This document shows positions 33,251 to 42,670 of a stretch of DNA of 48,533 bases, one piece after another. Location: NCBI GenBank assembly GCA_052034175.1, contig JBPOIX010000274.1, positions 1 to 48,533 of the forward strand, read 5' to 3'. This DNA is from Actinomycetota bacterium (GTDB taxonomy: Bacteria > Actinomycetota > Acidimicrobiia > Acidimicrobiales > Ilumatobacteraceae). The position numbers and the translations under genes were made by a program. Position 1 is the first letter of the stretch. Every line of letters begins with the position of its first letter. The notes beneath the pieces are model-generated. The model worked only from the letters and a program-made list of their open reading frames with translations, was not told where the DNA came from and made no database searches.

Positions 33251-35392
33251 ATGGGTGGAAGCAAGCGGAAGATCGTCGTCCTCACGGGCTCGGCGACGGC
33301 GGTCGTGGCCGCCACACCGTTCGTGGGGGTCGGCGCTGCGGAGGCGGCGTCGTTCAACGTCACCAACCTCAACGACTCCGGTGCGGGATCGTTGCGGCAG
33401 GCGCTCCTCGACGCCAACGGTGCTGCAGGCCCGGACGTCATCACGTTCCAGGCCGGGCTCACCGGCACCATCGTGCTCACCACCGGCGACATTGGCATCA
33501 ACGACTCCGTCGACATCCAGGGCCCCGGGGCCGCCGTGCTCACGGTCAGCGGCAACAACGCCAGCCGCATCTTCTACCTCTACAACTCGCAGAACACGCC
33601 GATCGACGTCACGATCTCCGGGCTGACGCTCACCGCCGGCGCGGATGACGATGGCGGTGCGATCCATGTGTTTGGCGAGGTCCTCGAACTCGACGAGATG
33701 GTGATCACCGAGAACGTCGCCCAGTATCAGGGCGGCGGCGTGTACTTCTCCGCCAACTATGTCGAGGCGTCGGGCCAATTCGGCCAGCTGACGATCACGG
33801 ACTCCGAGATCAGCGGCAACCACGCAGAGGACGGCGGCGGGGTGTACGTCAACTACAGCGGCGATCCGCTGCTGATCTCGAACACCACGGTCTCCGGTAA
33901 CTATGCCGAGGACAACGGTGGCGGCCTCGCCCTGTACAGCACGACCTCGACCGTCACCATCACCGACTCGCGCATCGTCGACAACGACGCGTACGGGGTT
34001 GGTGGCGGCATCTACCTGTACGACACCGACGGCGGTGAGGTCCACGTCGTCCGCTCCACGATCTCCGGCAATGAAGCAGGTGACGACGGAGGCGGGATCT
34101 ACTTCTACGACCTCGACGACAGCGTGGTGATCGATTCGAGCACGATCTCCGGCAACTACTCCGGCGACGACGGCGGCGGCATCTATGTGCGGAACGAGCC
34201 CCAGTACCTCTCGATCGTCAACTCCACCATCTCCGGGAACTACGCCGACAGCAGGGGCGGTGGCATCTTCCTCGGGCAGGTCTCGGCAGAAGAGTTGACC
34301 TCGATCGACCACTCGACGATCACCGACAACTACGCCGTTGATGGCGGTGGCGGGATCTACCTCTACGGGTCCGGGGTCGATCTCTTCCACACGATCGTGT
34401 CGGGGAACTCGACCGACGGCGGCGACCAAGACCTTGACGGCGCGAACTTCTTCCTCTCGGCAGACTGGTCGCTGCTGGGCGACACGCCGACCCCAGGCAG
34501 TGGTGCGAACAACATCTACTACACCAACCCGGGGCTCGAGTCCCTGGCGGACAACGGTGGGCCGACCGAGACCCACGCGCCGATGTCAGGTTCACCGGCG
34601 TTGGAGGCAGGCGATCCGGCCATCACGGGCGAGCCGGAGTTCGATCAGCGCGGCGAGGCTCGTGTGGACGGCATCATCGAGATCGGCGCGGTGGAGGAGA
34701 ACCTCGGGCCGGTGGACGACGCGTACTCGGTGAACGAGGATGCCGTGCTGAACGTCGCAGTTCCGGGTGTTCTGGACAACGACGTTCCCGGTGGCCTGGC
34801 GACGGTGGTGTTGGAGACGGGGCCGGCGCACGGCACCTTGTCGCTGAACGCCGATGGCTCGTTCACCTACACGCCTGCGGCGAACTTCCACGGCGCGGAT
34901 TCGTTCGTCTACTCGCTGCTGGTGGGGCAGCCGACGTCGTTGGAGATCGAGCCGGAGATGGAGCCCGTGCCGACGGCGACCGTGGCGATCACGGTGAACG
35001 CGGTCAACGATCCGCCTGTGGCCCAGAACGACACCGCCGCGGCAACCGTCGGGGTCGGGTCGTCGGTCACCGTGCAGACGAACGACAGCGACGCCGACGG
35101 CGACCCGCTGACGATCGTGGGTGTCACCCAGGGCGCCAAGGGCACGGTGGTCATCCAGGGCAACACGGTCCGCTACACCGCGAACCAGGGCGCCAGCGGC
35201 ACCGACACCTTCACGTACACGATCTCTGACGGCAGCGAGACCTCCACGGCCACGGTCACCGTCACGATCACCGGCGGGCGCATCCCCGACACCGGGAGCT
35301 CCTCGTGGTCGCTGGTGTTCGTGGCCGCCGGCCTGCTCGGCGCTGGTGCCGCGCTGACCGGTTCCTCCCGCCGCCGCCGCACCCCCGCCTGA
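33251..35392 (+). CDS. Secreted beta-helix plus cadherin-like surface protein with IPDTG sorting signal (paralog 2)
   Basis: Same architecture as 28015..30159: NLNDSGAGSLRQALLDANGAAGPDVITF, LADNGGPTETHAPMSGSPALEAGD, and a RIPDTGSSSWSLV...RRRR end. Divergent from the tri-domain gene across a 99-nt gap. Confidence 0.88.
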   Translation: MGGSKRKIVVLTGSATAVVAATPFVGVGAAEAASFNVTNLNDSGAGSLRQALLDANGAAGPDVITFQAGLTGTIVLTTGDIGINDSVDIQGPGAAVLTVSGNNASRIFYLYNSQNTPIDVTISGLTLTAGADDDGGAIHVFGEVLELDEMVITENVAQYQGGGVYFSANYVEASGQFGQLTITDSEISGNHAEDGGGVYVNYSGDPLLISNTTVSGNYAEDNGGGLALYSTTSTVTITDSRIVDNDAYGVGGGIYLYDTDGGEVHVVRSTISGNEAGDDGGGIYFYDLDDSVVIDSSTISGNYSGDDGGGIYVRNEPQYLSIVNSTISGNYADSRGGGIFLGQVSAEELTSIDHSTITDNYAVDGGGGIYLYGSGVDLFHTIVSGNSTDGGDQDLDGANFFLSADWSLLGDTPTPGSGANNIYYTNPGLESLADNGGPTETHAPMSGSPALEAGDPAITGEPEFDQRGEARVDGIIEIGAVEENLGPVDDAYSVNEDAVLNVAVPGVLDNDVPGGLATVVLETGPAHGTLSLNADGSFTYTPAANFHGADSFVYSLLVGQPTSLEIEPEMEPVPTATVAITVNAVNDPPVAQNDTAAATVGVGSSVTVQTNDSDADGDPLTIVGVTQGAKGTVVIQGNTVRYTANQGASGTDTFTYTISDGSETSTATVTVTITGGRIPDTGSSSWSLVFVAAGLLGAGAALTGSSRRRRTPA

Positions 35393-35462
35393 CCCCGGAC
35401 AGGGTTGGCGCGAGGGGCCTTCGCCCCTTGCCGCCGGAGGGGTTGAGGGGGACACTGCATGC

Positions 35463-36620
35463 GTGGATGACTTCACGAGTGCGACTGCCACGCTCGACCC
35501 CGTGGCGGGTGTCGACGCGTTGGTACACGCCCTGGCCGGTGACGGCTACCGGGTCGTCGGCCCGACCGAGCGCGACGGTGTGATCTCGTACCGCGAACTG
35601 TCGCGGGGCACGGACATGCCCACCGGCGTGCGCACCGAGCAGAGGGCGGGCTCCTTCCGTCTCGCTCACGACGGCGAGACCCGCTTCGGCTGGACGCCGG
35701 CGGCGGACTCCTGGCGTGCCTGGGTGTTCCCTGCGGAGGAGGAAGTGCTGCGCATCCGCCGGACGGACGGCTCGTTCGTCACCACTCGTCCGGCGCTGCC
35801 CACCCAGCCCTTGGCGCTGTTCGCCGCGCGGGACTGCGAGGTCCGCGCCCTGGGCATCCTCGACCGCGTCCTGCTGGAGGGCGCCCACCCCGACCCGCGG
35901 TACGCGGCCCGCCGCAACGACGCGTTCATCGTGGCCGTCACCTGCACCACCCCCTCCGAGAGTTGCTGGTGCACCGGCACGGGCGGCGGCCCCCAGCCCC
36001 GAGCCGACTTCGACATCCGCCTCACAGAGCTCACCGAGGGTGGGCATCGGCTGCTGGCCGAGGCCGGCAGCGAACGCGGGGCCGCTCTGCTGCAGCGGCT
36101 GGCCGCGCCGGCTGCCACGGGCGCTGACCTCGCTGCCGCCGAGACGGTGGTGGAACGGGCTGTCGCGGCGATCCGCCGTCCGGTGGACGCCGCCGCTCTG
36201 ACCATGCAGCTGGCGGGGAAGGACCGGGACGTGCAGTGGGAGGCCGTGGCCGAACGCTGCTTCGCCTGCGGCAACTGCACGCTGGTGTGCCCGACGTGCT
36301 TCTGTGTCGCCTACGACGACGTCACGGCGCTCACCGACGACGGTGGGCCGGCGGTGGAAACGGTTCGCCGCCAACAGTGGGCGTCGTGCTTCCAACTCGA
36401 CCACTCCAACCTCGGCGGCAAGCCGGTGCGCGCCAGCGTGGCCTCCCGCTACCGCCAATGGCTGACCCACAAGCTGCAGACCTGGGAGGCCCAGTTCGGC
36501 ACGGCGGGTTGTGTCGGCTGTGGCCGCTGCACCACCTGGTGCCCCGCAGGCATCGACCTACCCGCGGAAGCGGCGCTGCTGGCAGCCACGACAGCCCCTG
36601 CTCAAGGAGGCACACAATGA
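35463..36620 (+). CDS. hyhB: 4Fe-4S cluster subunit of a group 3-type [NiFe]-hydrogenase (beta subunit, AsrA-like)
   Basis: Contains CFACGNCTLVCPTCFC and CVGCGRCTTWCPAGI ferredoxin motifs. GTG start. ATGA coupling to the next gene. Confidence 0.8.
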   Translation: MDDFTSATATLDPVAGVDALVHALAGDGYRVVGPTERDGVISYRELSRGTDMPTGVRTEQRAGSFRLAHDGETRFGWTPAADSWRAWVFPAEEEVLRIRRTDGSFVTTRPALPTQPLALFAARDCEVRALGILDRVLLEGAHPDPRYAARRNDAFIVAVTCTTPSESCWCTGTGGGPQPRADFDIRLTELTEGGHRLLAEAGSERGAALLQRLAAPAATGADLAAAETVVERAVAAIRRPVDAAALTMQLAGKDRDVQWEAVAERCFACGNCTLVCPTCFCVAYDDVTALTDDGGPAVETVRRQQWASCFQLDHSNLGGKPVRASVASRYRQWLTHKLQTWEAQFGTAGCVGCGRCTTWCPAGIDLPAEAALLAATTAPAQGGTQ

Positions 36621-37078
36621 CCGATCTCTCCGCGCTGTTGGCGGGGCACCCGTTCTTCACCGGGGTCGACCCCGCACTCCTTGGTCGCCTGGCTTCGGTG
36701 ACCGCGGTGGAGGAGTTCCCGGCAGGTTCCTGGGTGGCTCATTCGGGCGCGCCGGCGGACCGCTTCTACGCCGTCATCGCTGGCCGCGCCGGGATCGAGA
36801 TCGCCGCCGCAGGGCGCGAGCCACTCCTGGTGGCCACCGTGCACCCTGGGGAAGTGATCGGCTGGTCGTGGTTCGTCGAACCCCACGAGTGGCACTTCGA
36901 CGTGCTGGCGCTGGAACCCTTGCGCACCCTGGCGATGGACGCCACTGCGCTGCGTGCTGCGTGCCGCGCCGACCATGAGCTCGGCTATCAGGTGGCCCAC
37001 CGGCTGGCCCGCGTCGTGGCCTCGCGCCTGGTGGCCACCCGGCATCAACTGGTGGATGTCTATGGCCGCGAACGCTGA
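36617..37078 (+). CDS. Stand-alone cyclic-nucleotide-binding (CAP effector) domain protein, no DNA-binding domain
   Basis: Reads LLAGHPFFTGVDPALLGRLAS...EFPAGSWVAHSGAPADRFYAVIAGRAGIEI...GEVIGWSW. The protein is only 153 aa. Confidence 0.75.
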   Translation: MTDLSALLAGHPFFTGVDPALLGRLASVTAVEEFPAGSWVAHSGAPADRFYAVIAGRAGIEIAAAGREPLLVATVHPGEVIGWSWFVEPHEWHFDVLALEPLRTLAMDATALRAACRADHELGYQVAHRLARVVASRLVATRHQLVDVYGRER

Positions 37079-37877
37079 CCCGATGCTCCCGTCGCCCTAC
37101 CTGGTGACGGCTGCAGCCCCCGAGACACCGGATGTCGTCAGCCTCACGCTGACCCCGGTCGATTCGCCGATCCTGCCCCCCGGGCCCGGGCAGTTCGTGA
37201 TGATCTGGGTCCCGGCGGTCGGCGAGGTGCCGATCTCCGTCAGCCGCGTCACGCCCGCCGGCGACCTCGTGCTGACGGTGCGGTCCGTGGGCGCAGTGAG
37301 CGCAGCCATCGTCGGCCAGGCGGATGGTGGCGTGGTCGGCATCCGCGGCCCGTTCGGCACCGAGTGGCCCGTCGCCGAGGTGGCCGGCGGCGACGTGCTC
37401 GTGGTGGCCGGAGGCCTCGGGCTGGCCCCGTTGCGCATGGCGGTCGACCGGCTGGTGGCCGCGGCCGCGCCACAGGTGACCGTGGTGGCAGGCGCCCGCG
37501 AGCCGGACCAGATGCTCTACCCGGCCGACCTTGCGAACTGGGCTGCTGCCGGCGCCGCGGTGCACACCACCGTCGACGCCGCCGACCGCAACTGGGCCGG
37601 CGCGGTGGGCACGGCGACGGCGATGGTGGAACGGCTGGGCCGTGGGTTCGACGCGGCCTTCGTGTGCGGGCCGGAGATCATGATGACCACCGCTGCTCGG
37701 GCCGCCACGCGCGCCGGCACCCCTGCCGGGGGAGTGTGGGTCTCGCTCGAGCGCAACATGCACTGCGGTGTCGCCCGTTGCGGGCGATGCCAGCTGGGCC
37801 CGCTGCTGCTGTGCCGCGACGGTGCAGTCGTTCCCTGGGCCGTGTCCGCCGACCTGCTGGAGGTGCGTGGACGATGA
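37062..37877 (+). CDS. hyhG: FAD/NAD(P)-binding, [2Fe-2S] gamma subunit of the hydrogenase (AsrB / PyrK-like)
   Basis: Reads GQFVMIWVPAVGEVPISVS, VVAGGLGLAPL and the C-terminal CGVARCGRCQLG. The start is uncertain (37056, 37062 or 37083). Confidence 0.8.
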   Translation: MAANADPMLPSPYLVTAAAPETPDVVSLTLTPVDSPILPPGPGQFVMIWVPAVGEVPISVSRVTPAGDLVLTVRSVGAVSAAIVGQADGGVVGIRGPFGTEWPVAEVAGGDVLVVAGGLGLAPLRMAVDRLVAAAAPQVTVVAGAREPDQMLYPADLANWAAAGAAVHTTVDAADRNWAGAVGTATAMVERLGRGFDAAFVCGPEIMMTTAARAATRAGTPAGGVWVSLERNMHCGVARCGRCQLGPLLLCRDGAVVPWAVSADLLEVRGR

Positions 37878-38629
37878 CTGCCCCCACCCGTCCCACTGTT
37901 GCCGTGTGGAAGTTCGCTTCCTGCGACGGCTGCCAGCTCACCGTGCTCGACTGCGAGGACGAGCTGCTGCAGATCGCCGCGGCGCTGGACATCCGCATGT
38001 TCCTCGAGGCCGGCCCGGAGGAACTGCTGGACCACTACGACATCTCCCTCGTCGAGGGTTCGGTCACCACCGCCCACGACGCCGAACGGATCCAGGACAT
38101 TCGGGCCCGCTCCGGCCTGTTGATCACGATCGGCGCCTGCGCCACGGCTGGCGGCATCCAGGCGCTGCGCAACTCGGCCGACGTGGGGGAATACACGGCC
38201 GCCGTCTACGCGCGGCCGGACTGGATCCACACCCTGGCCACCAGCACGCCGATCTCCGCGCACGTGAAGGTCGACCGTGAGCTGCACGGCTGCCCGATCT
38301 CACGGCACGAGCTGCTCGCCCTGATCACCGCGTTGCTGGCCGGGCGAAGGCCGCCCGTCTCGCGCCACGCCGTCTGCGTGGAATGCAAGCAGGCCGGAAA
38401 CGCGTGCGTGCTCGTGGCCGAAGGAGTGCCGTGCCTCGGGCCGGCCACTCACGCCGGCTGCGGTGCGCTGTGCATGAAGTTTGGGCGTGGCTGCTTCGGC
38501 TGCTTCGGCCCGTGCGAGTCCGCCAACGTGCCCGCGCTGCGCCTGGCATGGCAGGCGGCCGGCATCCCCGAGGGCGAACTGACGCGGGCGCTGCGCACGT
38601 TCAACGTGTCCGCCTGGGAGGAACGATGA
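37874..38629 (+). CDS. hyhS: [NiFe]-hydrogenase small (delta) subunit, NuoB-like
   Basis: Reads VAVWKFASCDGCQLTVLD, ITIGACATAGGIQ, HGCPISRHE and the C-terminal Cys cluster CVECK...CLGPATHAGCGALC. ATGA overlaps on both sides. Confidence 0.88.
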   Translation: MTAPTRPTVAVWKFASCDGCQLTVLDCEDELLQIAAALDIRMFLEAGPEELLDHYDISLVEGSVTTAHDAERIQDIRARSGLLITIGACATAGGIQALRNSADVGEYTAAVYARPDWIHTLATSTPISAHVKVDRELHGCPISRHELLALITALLAGRRPPVSRHAVCVECKQAGNACVLVAEGVPCLGPATHAGCGALCMKFGRGCFGCFGPCESANVPALRLAWQAAGIPEGELTRALRTFNVSAWEER

Positions 38630-39948
38630 CTCACGAACACCGCGCCCGCCGCTTCGAGGTGGATGCGCTCACCCGCGTCGAAGGTGAGGGTGGCCTGATC
38701 GTGGAGATCCGCGACGGCGAACTGGCCGACGTCCGCCTGCGCATCTTCGAGCCTCCCCGCTTCTTCGAAGGTTTCCTTCGTGGGCGGCAGTACACCGAGC
38801 CGGTGGACATCACCGCGCGCATCTGCGGCATCTGCCCGGTGGCGTACCAGATGAGTGCCTGCCAGGCCATCGAGGCCGCCTGCGGTGTGGAGGTGGACCC
38901 TGCCATCCGCGACCTGCGCCACCTCCTGTACTGCGGCGAGTGGATCGAGAGCCATGTGTTGCACGTGCACCTGCTGCACGCCCCGGACTTCCTTGGTTAC
39001 CCGAGCGGGATCGCCATGGCGGCCGACCACCGCGGCGCCGTGGAGCGGGGGCTGCGCCTGAAGAAGCTCGGCAACCGGCTGGTGGAGGTGGTCGGTGGGC
39101 GGGCGGTGCACCCCGTGAACGTCCGCGTCGGTGGCTTCTACCGCGCACCCTCCGTGGAGGACATGCGTGGCCTGGAGGAGGAGCTCCTGTGGGCCGTCGA
39201 GACGGCGGCGGAGATCACCCGTTGGGTGGCCACCCTGCCGATGCCCGCCCATCAGCTGCCCGACGGCACGGCGCTGGTGGCGCTGCGGCACCCGACCGAG
39301 TACCCGATGCTCGGCGAGCGGCTGGTGTCGACCCCACTTTCGGACGGCACCCGGCTGGACATCGCCGCGCACGAGTGGCGCGACCACTTCACCGAGGAGC
39401 ACGTGGAGCACTCCACCGCGTTGCACGGCCGGATGTTGGCCGGCGGGGACTACATCGTCGGCCCGCTGGCGCGGTTCGCGCTCAACGCCGACCACCTGGC
39501 ACCCCGTGCCGCGGCGTTGGCGGCCGAGGTCGGGCTCACGCCCGCGGAGCGAAACCCGTTCCGCAGCATCGTGGTTCGTGCGGTCGAAACGCTGCACGCC
39601 TGTGAGGTGGCGTTGCGCATCGTGCAGGGCTACCGCCTGCCCGAGCGTTCGTTCGTGCCGGTCGCCGCGCGCGCCGGCGTCGGGTGCGGCTGGACGGAGG
39701 CGCCGCGCGGCCTGCTGTGGCATCGCTACGAATTGGCCGCCGATGGCTCCATCGTGACGGCGCAGATCGTGCCGCCGACCTCGCAGAACCAGCCGGCCAT
39801 CGAGCACGACCTGATGCATCTCATCGAGCACTCCTTGGAGCTGGACGATGACGCGCTGGAGGCACTGTGCGAGCAAGCGGTGCGCAACTACGACCCGTGC
39901 ATCTCCTGCGCCACCCACTTCCTCGACATGCGAGTCGTCCGTTCGTGA
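38626..39948 (+). CDS. hyhL: [NiFe]-hydrogenase large (alpha) subunit
   Basis: N-terminal Ni-Fe ligand motif RICGICPVAY, preceded by TRVEGEGG. C-terminal motif DPCISCATHFLD. Confidence 0.92.
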   Translation: MTHEHRARRFEVDALTRVEGEGGLIVEIRDGELADVRLRIFEPPRFFEGFLRGRQYTEPVDITARICGICPVAYQMSACQAIEAACGVEVDPAIRDLRHLLYCGEWIESHVLHVHLLHAPDFLGYPSGIAMAADHRGAVERGLRLKKLGNRLVEVVGGRAVHPVNVRVGGFYRAPSVEDMRGLEEELLWAVETAAEITRWVATLPMPAHQLPDGTALVALRHPTEYPMLGERLVSTPLSDGTRLDIAAHEWRDHFTEEHVEHSTALHGRMLAGGDYIVGPLARFALNADHLAPRAAALAAEVGLTPAERNPFRSIVVRAVETLHACEVALRIVQGYRLPERSFVPVAARAGVGCGWTEAPRGLLWHRYELAADGSIVTAQIVPPTSQNQPAIEHDLMHLIEHSLELDDDALEALCEQAVRNYDPCISCATHFLDMRVVRS

Positions 39949-40433
39949 GCGTGGCGGCGCCGCACGTCACGGTGATCGGCATCGGCAACCCGTACCGGCG
40001 CGACGATGGCGCCGCAGCCGCAGTGCTGCGGCAGCTGGCGGAGGAGTTCACCGGCGACCCGGATGTTCGGCTGGTGGAGCTGGATGGCGAGTCCGTGCGC
40101 CTGGTGCAGGCGTGGGAAGGGTCGCGGGTGGTGTGGATCGTGGACGCGGTGCGCAGCGGCCGCCCGCCTGGCACCGTCCACGAGGTGGAGGCCACGCGCC
40201 TCGCTGATCTGGACGACTCCGGCCGCCGGCTCGGCGGTGGCCACCTGATGGGCCTGTCCGAGGCGGTGGAGCTGGCCCGCGCGCTCGACCTTCTGCCCGC
40301 GGAGCTGAGGGTGCTCGGCATCGAGGGGGAGGACTTCGACCACGGCGAAGGCCTCTCGCCGTCCGTGCGCGAAGGGGTGCACGCGGCGGCAGCACTGCTG
40401 ACGGCGGCCGTGCGGAGCCGGTCGGGCCAATAG
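39945..40433 (+). CDS. Hydrogenase maturation endopeptidase
   Basis: Reads VIGIGNPYRRDDGAAAAVL...WIVDAV...GGGHLMGL, typical of HycI/HyaD/HoxW-type proteases. GTGA overlap with the large-subunit stop. Confidence 0.85.
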   Translation: MSVAAPHVTVIGIGNPYRRDDGAAAAVLRQLAEEFTGDPDVRLVELDGESVRLVQAWEGSRVVWIVDAVRSGRPPGTVHEVEATRLADLDDSGRRLGGGHLMGLSEAVELARALDLLPAELRVLGIEGEDFDHGEGLSPSVREGVHAAAALLTAAVRSRSGQ

Positions 40434-40524
40434 GCCGTTCGGCCCCTCCCAGCGATCGCCACGTGCGTGCTAGCTTCGCTCACGATGCGGGCTGGGCAGC
40501 CCGTGGGATGGGAGCACGGGAATC

Positions 40525-42660
40525 ATGGTTGGCAAGCGCAAGGTCGTCGTTTTCTCAGGTTCGGCCGCCGCCGTGGTCGTCGCCACCCCGTTCGTGGGTG
40601 TGGGCACGGCGTCCGCCGTGTCGTTCGAGGTCACGAACCTCAGCGACTCCGGCGCCGGCTCCCTGCGCCAAGCCATCGAGGACGCCAACAACGTCGCGGG
40701 TCCGGATGTCATCACGATCCAGTCCGGCTTGTCGGGCACGATCACGCTCTCGTCCGGCCATCTGAGCATCAACGACTCCGTCGAGATCCAGGGTTCCAGC
40801 GACGTCACGATCAGCGGTGGCAACGCGTCGCGCATCTTCTACCTCTACAACTCGACCGCCACCCCGATCGAGGTCACCATCAGCGGCTTCGCCCTCGAGG
40901 ACGGTGCCGCGTCGGAAGGTGGTGCCGTGAAGGTGGCCGACGCTCACCTCTCGTTGAGCGCGGTGTCGATTGCCAACAACGCCGCCGACGGCGACGGCGG
41001 CGCCATCTGGATCGACGGTGACGACGGGTGGCTCGAGGTCGACGATTCCGTCATCGCGGACAACTCCGCCGGTGCCGCCGGTGGCGGCGTCTTCGTGGGC
41101 GAGGTGGCCGAAGTCAGCCTGCGGACCTCCACCGTGGAGGCGAACTATGCCGGCGATGACGGCGGTGGTGTCTACATCCGCTCCACCACCGACGGCTTCT
41201 CGCTCGCCGACAGCGAGCTGGCTGTCAACTCCGCGGCCCAGCAGGGCGGCGGCCTGTTCGTCGAAACGAGCGACGGCGACGAGATGGTCGTCCTCCGCTC
41301 GACCATCTCGGGGAACGTGGCCCGCGACGGTGGCGGCATCTACATCAACAGCCCCACCGACCCGCTCATCATCGACCAGTCCACCATCAGCGACAACACC
41401 GCCACCTTCGACGGTGGCGGGGTGTTCATCTACCTCGGCTACTACGCGGAGATCACCTCGAGCACGATCTCCGGCAACGAAGCCGGCGACCAAGGTGGCG
41501 GCGTCTACCTCAACGAGACCTTCTACTACGACAGCGGCGACGGCTTCTACGCGTCGCCGCTGAGGGTCGCGCACAGCACGATCACCGAGAACTACTCGGG
41601 GGATGGCGGCGGTGGCATCTACATCGCCGAAGGCTGGCTGGAGCTCGACCACTCGATCGTGTCCGGCAACGACAGCGACGGCGGCTACGAGGACATCGAC
41701 TCGGCCTACTACCACAGCGCCTACCCGTACGCCCCGGTGTACAGCACGTGGTCGCTGGTGGGCGATGTGCGCGAGCTGTACTCGAGCAACGACGACGTGT
41801 ACGACAGCAACCCGATGTTGGATTCGCTGGCCGACAACGGCGGCCCCACCGAGACCCACCTCCTGCTGCCCGGAAGCCCGGCCAGTGAAGCCGGCGACCC
41901 CGCGATCAGCGGTGCTCCCACGACCGACCAGCGTGGCCTTACCCGCATCGTCGGGGCCATCGACATCGGTGCGGTCGAGGCCCAGATCGTGCTCGAGGAC
42001 GACGAGTTCTCCACCAACGAGGACACCGTGCTCACCGTCGCGGTGCCCGGCGTGCTGGACAACGACCAGGTGGACGTGCCGGCCGTGGCGTCGGTGGTGG
42101 CAACCCCCACCAGCGGCACGCTCGTCCTGAACGCGGACGGCTCGTTCACGTACACCCCGAACGCCAACTTCCACGGCTCGGACACCTTCCGCTACACGGT
42201 CACCGAAGCCGACGTCACCGCGTTGCAGGCGGAACCCGTGAGCGCCGAGGTCACGATCACCGTCAACCCGGTGAACGACCCGCCGGTGGCCCTGCCGGAC
42301 ACCGTGACGGCGATGGCCGGGGTGAACACTCCCGTCACCGTCGTGGTGAACGACTCGGACAGCGACGGCGACCCGATCTCGATCGTCGGGGTCACCCAGG
42401 GCGCCAAGGGAACCGTCGTCATCGACGGTAACCAGGTGCGCTACACGCCGAACGCCAACGCGTCGGGCACGGACTCGTTCACTTACACGATCAGCGACGG
42501 CACCACCACGGTCACCGCCACCGTCACCGTCACCATCCTTCGCGGGCGCATCCCCGAGACCGGTACGTCATCGTGGTCGCTGGTGTTCGGCGCGTTCGGC
42601 TTGCTCGGGGCGGGCATGGTGCTCACCGGTACCGCCCGCCGCCGCCCGCGCCGGGCGTAA
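40525..42660 (+). CDS. Secreted beta-helix plus cadherin-like surface protein with IPETG sorting signal (paralog 3, most diverged)
   Basis: Reads NLSDSGAGSLRQAIEDANNVAGPDVITI, LADNGGPTETHLLLPGSPASEAGD and VLDNDQ...NFHGSDTFRY. Ends RIPETGTSSWSLVFGAFGLLGAGMVLTGTARRRPRRA. Confidence 0.88.
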   Translation: MVGKRKVVVFSGSAAAVVVATPFVGVGTASAVSFEVTNLSDSGAGSLRQAIEDANNVAGPDVITIQSGLSGTITLSSGHLSINDSVEIQGSSDVTISGGNASRIFYLYNSTATPIEVTISGFALEDGAASEGGAVKVADAHLSLSAVSIANNAADGDGGAIWIDGDDGWLEVDDSVIADNSAGAAGGGVFVGEVAEVSLRTSTVEANYAGDDGGGVYIRSTTDGFSLADSELAVNSAAQQGGGLFVETSDGDEMVVLRSTISGNVARDGGGIYINSPTDPLIIDQSTISDNTATFDGGGVFIYLGYYAEITSSTISGNEAGDQGGGVYLNETFYYDSGDGFYASPLRVAHSTITENYSGDGGGGIYIAEGWLELDHSIVSGNDSDGGYEDIDSAYYHSAYPYAPVYSTWSLVGDVRELYSSNDDVYDSNPMLDSLADNGGPTETHLLLPGSPASEAGDPAISGAPTTDQRGLTRIVGAIDIGAVEAQIVLEDDEFSTNEDTVLTVAVPGVLDNDQVDVPAVASVVATPTSGTLVLNADGSFTYTPNANFHGSDTFRYTVTEADVTALQAEPVSAEVTITVNPVNDPPVALPDTVTAMAGVNTPVTVVVNDSDSDGDPISIVGVTQGAKGTVVIDGNQVRYTPNANASGTDSFTYTISDGTTTVTATVTVTILRGRIPETGTSSWSLVFGAFGLLGAGMVLTGTARRRPRRA

Positions 42661-42670
42661 CCTCCATGGC

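Noticed and set aside
33152-34576. Upper 475 codons of the 1463-aa ORF 30185..34576
   Set aside because: This part is antisense to the adhesin paralog 2 gene. It translates to a Val/Asp/Gly/Arg-rich mirror of the beta-helix repeats. The recognisable enzyme begins at the ATG at 33151, after a 99-nt divergent intergenic region.
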